Part shown: in pieces, positions 1 to 11,189 of the stretch
Layout: every line of letters begins with the position of its first letter
How positions within the stretch are numbered: the stretch's first letter is position 1
Assembly: GCA_051294375.1 (NCBI GenBank)
Contig: CM119268.1
Coordinates: forward strand, 14,648,977-14,712,976
Reading direction: 5' to 3'
Source: Paraspadella gotoi
Lineage: Eukaryota > Animalia > Chaetognatha
Length of the DNA: 64,000 nucleotides
Notes under the pieces: generated by a model
Databases searched by the model: none
What the model saw: the letters and a program-made list of their open reading frames with translations, nothing else
Told to the model about the DNA's origin: nothing
Position numbers and translations under genes: made by a program

Positions 1-605
1 TTCTAAGCTTTTGAATTCGATACACTTGTAACGAATTCAAAATCTTAGAATGAGCAGACACTGAAATCTTAACTGGGTTCTAGGTCACTGTTAGTCCATT
101 ATCTACCAAAAATCCCATTATCACTAGCTGCAGAATTCTAAATTAAAATAAAAGTATAAAATAAAAAATAAAAGTTAACAAAGTATATGGCTATATATTA
201 GTTTCACCTAGCTCATAGCAATATATTTAGTTTCCTGTAAACAATTTAACGTTAGTACTTAGTACTTAGCTAGATAATCTTGAAGCAAAATTAATACTCA
301 TAGTTCATTGGTCAGAAATGAAGTTTGGGAGATTGAGAAAAAAGCTCGGCGCGCAGTTTCAGGGGGATAAGGACTATCTTCTATATAATGTGAACAAATG
401 TTCTTTCACTTCTCGTTTTACCTGCGCTTTTGAGAAACAGCGGATCTCCTACAGTCGAAGAGATTATGTACATGTACTTTTACGATTTTAAATTAATACT
501 CGCCCAAAAAACCAATTACGCGTCACTAGCCATATTGTATAAATCAAAGTATTAATATATTTTAGGCATTTACACTTTCCCTGTTTAGTGGAAACTCCGT
601 TTTAC

Positions 606-735
606 CTGGATAACTCTGTGATCCCGAGGCGATGACGACTTGCGCCTCAACGACAGGAAGCAACGGTTGATAAAATTGAACCACGAAGACGTACGGTCCA
701 GGTTGCGCAACCTGACCGGAGAAGGCCACTGTCGG
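606..735 (-). CDS. LanA: laminin alpha exon 25
   Basis: cag|[44 protein letters not shown]|gtaaaa; phase 0 join to exon 24 across the P450-containing intron. Confidence 0.88.
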
Positions 736-3700
736 CTGCGGGAGGGATGACATTGAAAAAAAAGTAATTAAACAGGGCTAGTTTTTGTTTTGTTTTTTCC
801 TCACCAAAGACTATTATACATGTAAAATACATTAAAGAAAATAATTTAAACTCATTACGTTGAATTTATATTTTTTGTTATATTAAACCGGATTATATCA
901 TTTATTGATTGATTCAACTTGGTCATTCTTCTAAACTAAAAATATAAATAAACCAATAAAAATTAATATGATAAAAAAACCGGTTCTTTATCTTTATTCC
1001 TTTAGTTTGGTTTGTTGGTTGAGATCGAGAGCAGAGTTTAACAAGTTCACTCAACCGGAAAATAATTTTTGAGACCCGACACCAGTTAATGATGACTCGA
1101 GTTTTACTGCTTTAAAGTTCGGAAAATACAAAGAAAATCTATTTAAAGATAAATTACAACCAAAAATAAAACGGAGCTTTATATGACATTTACGAACTAC
1201 ACTATACTTCAACATTTTTTCGAAAAATAATAAACCACAACAGTGGCTTAAAATAAGAAAATTAATATTTAGCTAAATTAAATGGCACGATAGTCTAAAA
1301 ACAATCGTTAAAATGTATAAAGTTGGTCGAAGTTTCGGCAGATCGGGCTACTGGCGGCGTTTCGAAAAATTTCTTCCTCGATCATCTTCACACATTCAAG
1401 AACAATTATCTCGCTCTCAAACATCTGCGGTCGCAAGTGAACCGGCCAAGGTATTGACAATGCAGTCTAAATCTAATCTTTCAATGGATTTCTATTGCAT
1501 ACTAAATAAGCTTTTTTCCCCAGAACGCACACATTCCACAACATGAATTGAAAGACCCTAAACCGTTTTCAGAAGTTCCGAGGCTGTCGTTTTTCCAAAC
1601 AACGAATTTAATGATAAAAATGTTGTCTCCGAAACTACAAGAACAGATACACAAAACCCAGGTACATAGCGTCTGAAATACATTAATTACGTTTGAATAT
1701 TATAGGACAAGTATGCATGTATCGTAGACACAGACATGGAAAAGAAATGTTGTCAAATATAGAGAGCGAGAGAGACTGAAGAGAGAAAGCGCGGCACTGA
1801 CCAAGAAAGAGAGAGAGGAAAGAGAGAGTAACCGGCTTCTCTTACTATGGATAGTCCAGGACCACCGAGGGTTGACCAAATGGCTACGAAACCTTTGTAG
1901 CCACTGTATAATGATTAGGATTGAAGCTGAAGCGGATGATTATTCTCGAGTTTCATATCCAGATCGACGTCCAACAAATTGGCGATATGCTCTTCACACC
2001 ATTTCCATCTCCCACGCTCCAAATCTACGATCCTGAAATAGCGGCAAAGGCGCTCAGGAATCAAGGATCAACGCCATCCCGAGGGGATGTGATTCCTTGG
2101 ATAGAATACAGAAAAGAAACTGGTGAACCCAAGGCGCTAATCTCGGCTGAAGGGGAAGAATGGCAAAAGTCGAGGTCAGTCGAGAGTACGAATATATTGC
2201 GTTTCTCATATAATAAATGAATTGAAAGCTTACAGGGACCTGCTATGTCATTATCTTGTAAGAGGCCTTAAAACCACCAAAGCCTGTCAAAAGTCATGGG
2301 CAAGATCGCTTATTTAATAAATGAATGGATAATTTGTATATTGGTTGTACCAATTTCATATCATCGAAAGTGGAATTGCGCCAATAATTTTTTCAAAGGT
2401 CCGTCGTTTCTAAAAAGATAATGCCCCCTCGTCACGTGCAGACGTTTGAGGCAGGTCTCGTGGAAGTCGTGGACGAGCAAATCGAAAACATCAAGCGGCG
2501 ATCTTCCAAATTCGCCGAAGCCGACCCCGAAGGAAGAAGAATTGTTGAGGTTCATAAGAAAAAAATTCCGCGGTTTTAGGTAATTTTTAAAAAAAAATTT
2601 CATCTTTAAACACAGTCTTCTCCGCGTAGGAACTACCCAACGAAATGTACAAATGGGCCATGGAAAGTATAGGCACGGTCCTGTTTGAAACTCGACTGGG
2701 ATGCTTAAAGGATCCCGTTCCCACAGAAGTTCAAGGGTTTATCAACAGCATCAACGAAATGCTGAAGACCACTGTGCCCGCTTGGATTCTTTTCGACCTA
2801 CAGAAGAAGTTGGGTTCTCCGATGGTGAAGAGACACTTCAAGGCTTGGGACAACATTTTTTCCTTTGTTAGAGAAGTTGTCAGCAGGTGACAGAGTTTTT
2901 AATAGTCAACAGGATATAACAATAAAGCAAGGGCAACAACCTGATGGCTACTGATACCCGGTTACGAGACATGGGGCATTTAGGTCGCTCTGGACCATTA
3001 TTGGCTCCCTTCGAAGTAATAGCGATGATAACCCTAGCTTTGCCAAAGAACCGGGGTGCTCTGGGATTGAACCCGAGGCGTTGTTTGGGATGGTGCGTTA
3101 AGACTGCTGAGCAACCTACGATCGGCGGAGGCCACGAAGCTTAAATGTGGTAGTGTCGAGCCACATCAACAAGAACACGCAATCTCAAATAACAGTGACC
3201 GTACGACTTTACCTTCGACCACTTGCCCTCTGTCTTTTTATGGTCAACTTTGACCATGTAAATACCATTGTTATAGACTTAGCATCTTAACCTTTTTATT
3301 GTTATTGTTATTAATCTGTAGAAGAATAAAATCATTCTTACTCTGAAACTTGTTGCGTCCACAGTAGTTTGGTTTCTGTCACACAACACAAATGATAATA
3401 AAAAATGATCTTTATGAATCTCGAAAACCTTATATAAAAACTTACCACTTCTTAAACATATTTACATTTTTTTTTCAAAAAAGACGAAAATCAGAACTCG
3501 CGAAAATGGAGGACGCAACGTCAGTCTCCAAAAGCGAAGGCGCCGTTCTGACTTACCTCCTCCAGGAGCAAACCTTGAGCGACGAGGATATTCGGGCCAA
3601 TTTAACGGAACTCCTTCTCGGGGGCGTTGACACTACGTCAAACACCCTTGTGTGGGCTTTCTACGCACTATCGCGCAACCACGAGCAGCTTGGTCGACTC

Positions 3701-6700
3701 GAGGAAGAGATCGAATCGGTGCTCGGCAACGTCCCTCCTAGCGTCAAACTCATCCACAAGATGCCGTTTCTCAAGAGTTGCATCAAAGAGACGCTGCGAC
3801 TGTAAGTTTATTCGATCGAAGATCTTTCAGTATCTCAAAAAACCCTTTAAATTGCCATCTCGCATTCGGGTAGATATCCCGTCGCCATCGCCATGGCGAG
3901 GAAGTTGGAGAACGATCTGGAATTGGGAGGATATTTAGTCCCCAAAGGGACCCTGTGCAACGCGAATCTTTATGCCATGGCAATGTCGGAGAAGCAGTTC
4001 GCCGAACCGGAAAAATTCAACCCCGCAAGATGGGACAAAAAGACTGGGAAGGATTTTCATCCCTTCGCGTCGATTCCGTTTGGGTACGGATTTTTTTTTT
4101 AAACTGTTAAACAAACACGGAAACAAAGTGGCAATCAACCATCTTATCATTTCCGCGACAGTTACGGACCGCGAAGTTGCATCGGAAAGCGGCTCGCCGA
4201 AATGGAGATGCATCTGATGCTCGCGAGAATGGTTCAAAAGTTCCACCTTCGTCCGGCGCCGGGATTGCCTGATATCGAACCGATCATGCGTCTGTTGCTC
4301 GTCCCGCCGCAGAATCAACACGTTCCGGTCGAATTTGTCCCGAAATAATGTTTTTATTTTTTTTCAAAAATCCAATTTTATACGTATGTAATTTAACACG
4401 TAGATGTAATATGCGTATCCGAAACTATCATGGTTACGTTATAATATTTTTAAAAAAAATTATCCTACTACATCCTACTACATTTAATCCCTTTTTTCTC
4501 CTCACCGTTTGTCTATCGAGTCTGACGAGTCCACCGTGCTTGACGCCGACCGGAAGTCCGCTGGCGTCAACGACAGTGACGTTTCCGTCTTCCACTTCCT
4601 TCTTGAAAGATTCGGGGGGTAGGGGGTAGCGTGATTGAATGCACTCCCCTTCGCGAACAACGCAGTTCACCTGGACAGATATTTGTCAATGGGGTGGGAC
4701 AGAAGTTTGATTTGGGAACCTTCTCGAATGAAACTTCATACATTTCTGAGAAAACTTTTAATGGACCAAATTTTTTTTTCAAATGGCTAGAAGCACTAGT
4801 GATTATTTTTTTAATATTTATTTATCGATAGGAAATGTGAATTTTGTATTTTTAAAAGCGGATTCAGATAGTTTATGAAAAGTTGTCTACACAAAGTATA
4901 ATTCTTTTTTCAATACTTTGATGATAGCGAGTTAAAATTGGGAAAAATCATTAAAAATCATCATCATCATCATCCGATGATTTTAACAGTTTTTACTAAT
5001 TTTTGTAGCAGATTAATTTGTGAATTGATTTTCAGTAATAAAACATTAAAATATTAAAAAGTTGTAATTACATTTTTTACTAAACTTTTTGAGCTCTATC
5101 CGAATCAATTAAAAAAATTTAAAATATCTAAAAAAAATTTTGACATTATATAGCAATATAATTAGCGAATTACTCATGGTTCGGAACATTTTCGCAAAAA
5201 AAATATATTAACACAATAACTAATACCAATAATGGATTAGTTTAACGCTGTTCCCATTAAAATTTGAATTTGATCGGCTACCGCTAATCAAAGACCAAAT
5301 TTTCTCCCGGATAACCTTCGGCAATATGATGTTCGTGTTCCAATTATCCTCCGGAATGGCGACGACAGAGTCGATGTAAACCTAACGAAAAAATTCGGCG
5401 ACAGATTACAAACGCTGACGGCAAACCCCGCGCAACAATGAGTCAACGTCAACACCGAAAATCCCCACCGTACCTTCGTTCCCGGTTTTCCGGTCAAAAC
5501 GAGTCGATTCTCCGTCTTGAGATTGACCAGCGCGACTCTGCCCTTCTCGTCCGTGACGACCTCGTTGCACAGCGACGCGTAGGCGCATTCGTAGAGGACG
5601 GCGTGACCTCGCGTCGTTGACGTCGACGTGAACTTCTTGGGCGCGCGGCATCGGCGTGAGTGAAGTAGCGGATGACGAGGACGTAGAGTCCGGGGAAAGA
5701 GACGCGGAGGGAATGGTGACGGAACTCTTGAATGGGCGGGGGAGGGTGGAGACGGTTAGAGAATTGTTAAATCGCAGTTGGTAAATATGTTTATGAAGAG
5801 ACAGTAATTATTGTTATGAGTTAATGACAGAACCGTTCAATATGAGCAGTCCCTGAGCTTCGGTTCAGGCTGTAACACCGTGTTACAGGCGGGTTAAGCG
5901 CCCCGTCCCTCTTTAACTGCTTGGCGACCACCGGGCTAGAACCCCGGACCTTTGGGTTGGGAGGCGAATGACTTGCCTCCGGCACCAATGGCCACTGATG
6001 AACAGTTGGTGGATTTTTAGTCCACCATATTTATAAATATGTTTCTCTTCTTTCATTCGCATTATCGATCCTCATTATCTAGACCCATTATCTTTCATGA
6101 CCCATTTTCTTTCCCCCCCATTTCTTTCGGATCACTTTTTACATTATCTTTTACACTTTTACAAAAAGGAATCAAAAAGTAACAAATTGCAACGAGAGAT
6201 TATATGTCCAGCACTTCTTTCATATTTTCTTTCACATTTTCATTTTTCAAAAACATCGACAACCTGATCGTCGTCGATGAGGACGAGTCCTTGACTCTTC
6301 AATCGATCGTCCACCCAATTCTCGTGCACCACTTCGGGTTGCTTCAACTCCGCGCCGGAAATGACGTAACCGTCAACGCCTGAGGAAAAGGTATATTTTC
6401 AAACGGGGCATAGTTTATAGTCGCCGAAGGCGGGAAGTTTGAGTTCCTTCTAACTCACTCTTGGCGTCTGGAAACGTGGTGATGTTCGGGTATTGATATT
6501 TTATGCAGTTGGCCGCCTCTCCCGAGTCAACGTTGCAGGGTTCGGTAATTAATTCCTGACAAAGGGAAGATCGTTAAGTTGCAAAATTACTCGTTTCACT
6601 ATCTTTATTTTTTAGATTTAAAATAATTATTTATATTTATATTGTTAAAATATTTTTGTGTTAAATATTTAAATATATTAGTATTTATCTGTTGGTGATG

Positions 6701-9700
6701 GGACGTTAGTGTTGTCTCTAGAAATAGAGTGCATCACACAACACAAGGTTAGATACTTTCTGTTCCAGTTTTGCTAATAATATCGTATTGGTTACATTGT
6801 ATCTGGTTACATTAGTGTTATTTCGCATTAGGAACCTGCAAAATCGTCGCTTCGTAATAAGCTTGCGGCAGAAGCAACAACTAGTCAAGCAGGAGGTGAA
6901 CGTTCTTTCTCTGATGTGCGAAGTCTCTAGTTTGATGGACTGGTCCAGCGTCCTTGATCCAAAACAAAAGCCTGACAGAAAAAGGAAAAACTTTTGTTTA
7001 GAAACGGTTTCTCCGCAAAAAAAATCTTTTGTTTGTTTTAGGTTTGACGTTTGATAAAAAATGCCAATAAGTTCTATATTCTTCCGAATCCTAAAACAGT
7101 TAATCGGTTATCCTACATTTTAAGTAAACAGCTATTCTAACCGCTCCATCACCTGAAGACGCTCCAGCAATATTTCCAACTGTAGCGAATGAAGGAAGCT
7201 CCGTCGGTGCGAAAGTCATCTCCGACGACTGCATCTGATACTGCGGATCCTCGGGCATCAACTCGATGCTGGCTTTCACGGGGGTCGGACGAGAGTTCCA
7301 AATATATCTAAAGGAGAAAATGTAGATTATTTGAAAACAGCTGCAACGAAATCAAAATAATTTATCTTGAACTAAAATGAAAAAAAAATTTCAAAAGGAG
7401 AATTTTAAATTTCTAATAATAGATGAGCTGACCTGAAATTAGCCGAAAAATGGCGGACTTTTCAATGTTGATGTCAAGAAGGATTTCAGGTTGGACGTGG
7501 TTGACGATAGCGTATCCGCGCCACGAGAAACCGGGGAAGACCGTCTCGTCGGCGCCGAACCTTGAAAAGGCGGAGGGATTTAGATAAATAGTCTCATACG
7601 TAACAGTATGGGATTAAAAAAAAACAATATAATTAAATTAATACGTGCAAATTACCTTATGCCGAAGTTGTTAGGGCGTTCGGCCTCTTCGCACTCGTAA
7701 GCATGATGAATGCAGGTTCGGGTAGTAATGATCCACGAGCGGCTTGTCGCACCGGCGGCCTGTGATTCGAGGTCGACAACGACACTGTCCCGACTTTTTG
7801 TCGCAGATGGGCGAGATGGAACGCCGATGTCGCAGTTGCAATCGCGACAACCGAACAGATTGCCGTCTGAGAGAAAACGAAAAATGAAACTTGTTTTTTA
7901 TTTATTTCACGACAAAATAATAGCTAATGTGTTTTAAAACAAATATTTTTAGTACGAAGAAATAATAGTAAAAAAGTTATGCCACCAAATTCTACAAAAT
8001 GTCGCCATCGCGTGAGATATTCACTTACCAGTGAGTTCATAGTAACCATCCTTGCATTCCTGGCAGCGTCTTCCGGTAACCCGAGGCTTGCAGTCGCACT
8101 GACCCGTTTTGTCGTTACAGTCGCCGAGACCACCAATTGTGCCCGGCGCGAAGCAATTGCACTCGGCACACCCCTTAAAGCGAGACGAGGCAAAAATGAG
8201 AAAATGGCAAAATGGCAATTCGGGCGCTACAAGATAGTTTTGTCACCTGAGGGTTGTTAATGTTAAGGTTCCAGTAAAGAGGTTTACATTTATCGCAAAT
8301 GTGACCTTGAACGCGCGGTTTACATTCGCAGAGAACGCCTGAAACAACAAAATTTGTGAGACAAAGAATACGTGTAGCAAAGATAACGCCGCGTTGCTCA
8401 TCTGCGGAATAAAACAATGTGACAAAGAGTTACTCACCCTTGGTTCTCACAGATCCGCATCCGGCGAAAGTAGAAATAACGCCAGCGGGTCGCAATTACA
8501 CTCTCGCAGACCGGGTAATTATAGAATCCCTCCTTGCACACGTCGCACTTTCGATTCTCAAAAGTGGCTTTGCACGAGCACTGCCCGTCGGCGTCGCAAG
8601 ATATCGATTGCCCGACGGTTGCCCGACGTATCGCACCGACAGGGTTTACACTCGGGAAAATCGAAAGTAGCCAGGAGCGCAACGATCGCAAGTCAGTCCA
8701 ACGAAGTTTTTCTTTGCAGTGCATTGTCCTGTTAGGAAACTTGTAGTATAAGTTAAACGGTAAAAAAACTTTAAAAAACATTATGTTATAAAACTTTCTT
8801 TTCGTTGTGTAGTAGGATTAGTGAAAAGTTTAAAAACATGTTTCGGCTTGTATTTAAGCCTTCATCAGCGTTAAATTTTGTTTTTGAAATTATTGAAAGA
8901 AAAATAAGAGAGAGAGAGAGAGAGCGGAAAAAGGTATGAACATTTATCTCGAGAACTTCTGGCTAATAAATATTACATCACTTCTTAAAAGGGAAGGACA
9001 ACCCACCGTGATTAGCGCAGTCAGCGTGAAGCGAACCCTGTTGNNNNNNNNNNNNNNNNNNNNNNNNNCAACTGTAGCGAATGAAGGAAGCTCCGTCGGT
9101 GCGAAAGTCATCTCCGACGACTGCATCTGATACTGCGGATCCTCGGGCATCAACTCGATGCTGGCTTTCACGGGGGTCGGACGAGAGTTCCAAATATATC
9201 TAAAGGAGAAAATGTAGATTATTTGAAAACAGCTGCAACGAAATCAAAATAATTTATCTTGAACTAAAATGAAAAAAAAAATTTCAAAAGGAGAATTTTA
9301 AAATTCTAATAATAGATGAGCTGACCTGAAAATTAGCCGAAAAATGGCGGACTTTTCAATGTTGATGTCAAGAAGGATTTCAGGTTGGACGTGGTTGACG
9401 ATAGCGTATCCGCGCCACGAGAAACCGGGGAAGACCGTCTCGTCGGCGCCGAACCTTGAAGGGAGGAGAAATTTCGATAAATAGTCTCATACGTAACAGT
9501 ATGGGATTAAAAAAACAAAATAATGAAATTAATAAGTGCAAATTACCTAATGCCGAAGTTGTAGGGCGTTCGGCCNNNNNNNNNNNNNNNNNNNNNNNNN
9601 NNNNNNNNNNNNNNNNNNNNNNNNNNNNNNNNNNNNNNNNNNNNNNNNNNNNNNNNNNNNNNNNNNNNNNNNNNNNNNNNNNNNNNNNNNNNNNNNNNNN

Positions 9701-11157
9701 NNNNNNNNNNNNNNNNNNNNNNNNNNNNNNNNNNNNNNNNNNNNNNNNNNNNNNNNNNNNNNNNNNNNNNNNNNNNNNNNNNNNNNNNNNNNNNNNNNNN
9801 NNNNNNNNNNNNNNNNNNNNNNNNNNNNNNNNNNNNNNNNNATGACAAAATAACAGCTATTGTGTTTTAAAATAATTATTTTTAGTACGAAGAAAACTAA
9901 TGGTAAAAGTTATGCTCATGGCCCAACAGCCGGGTTGCCTGTCGATGCCCACTGGCGATAGGGCATCTCACTGTTTGGCTTTGGGGCCCCCGACCCTCAG
10001 TGACGCCTCCAGTCACTGGCGCGGTCACCCCAGGAGGGTCTGGCTTCCCGGAGAACGCAGAGGGAAGTTCGTTAGGACTGCGGATGCGAACACTGGATTT
10101 GGCTGACACGGATGGTGGACGTGAGGCGGTGTGAATACACCCGCCATAAATGCCACCAAATTCTGCAAAATGTCGCACGTCGGTGAGATATTCACTTACC
10201 AGTGAGTTCATAGTAACCATCCTTGCATTCCTGGCAGCGTCTTCCGGTAACCCGAGGCTTGCAGTCGCACTGACCCGTTTTTGTTCGTTACAGTCGCCGA
10301 GACCACCAATTGTGCCCGGCGCGAAGCAATTGCACTCGGCACACCCCTTAAAACGAGACGAGGCAAAATGAGAAAACGGCAAAATGGCCAATTCGGCTCT
10401 ACAAGAGTAGTTTGTCACCTGAGGGTTGTTAATGTTAAGGTTCCAGTAAAGAGGTTTACATTTGTCGCAAATGTGACCTGAACGCGCGGTTTACATTCGC
10501 AGAGAACGCCTGAAACAACAAAATTTGTGAGACAAAGAATCATAGTAGCAAAGATAACGCCGGCGTTTGCTCACCTGCGGAATAAAACAATTTGACAAAG
10601 AGTTACTCACCCTTGGTTCTCACAGATCCGCATCCGGCGAAAGTAGATAATACGCCAGCGGGTCGCAATTACACTCCTCGCAGACCGGGTAATTATAGAA
10701 TCCCTCCTTGCACAGTCGCATTTTCGATTCTCAAAAGTGCTTTGCACGAGCAACTGCCGTCGGCGTCGCCAAGATATCGATTGCCCGACGGTTGCCCGAC
10801 GTATCGCACCGACAGGGTTTACACTCGGGAAAATCGAGAGTAGCCAGGAGCGCAACGATCGCAAGTCAGTCCAACGAAGTTTTCTTTGCAGTGCATTGTC
10901 CTGTTAGGAAAGCTTGTGGTATGAGTTAAACTGTAAAAAAAACTTTAAAAACTTATGTTATAAAACTTTCTTTTCGTTGTGTAGTAGGATTATTAAAAAG
11001 TTTAAAAATGAAATCAACAACGATTTGATTTTTCAGAAGAAAAACGGACATGTTTCGGCTTGTTATTTAAGCCTTCATCAGCGTTAAATTTTGTTTTTGA
11101 AATTATTGAAAAATAAAAAGAGAGAGAGAGGGAGAGAGAGAAGAGAGAGAGAGAAGA

Positions 11158-11189
<32 letters not shown>

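Noticed and set aside
1881-1908. Hairpin tggctac..gtagcca followed by CACTG-TA (Helitron- or Tc1-like end) in P450 intron 2
   Set aside because: No CTRR terminus and no matching left TIR within the intron
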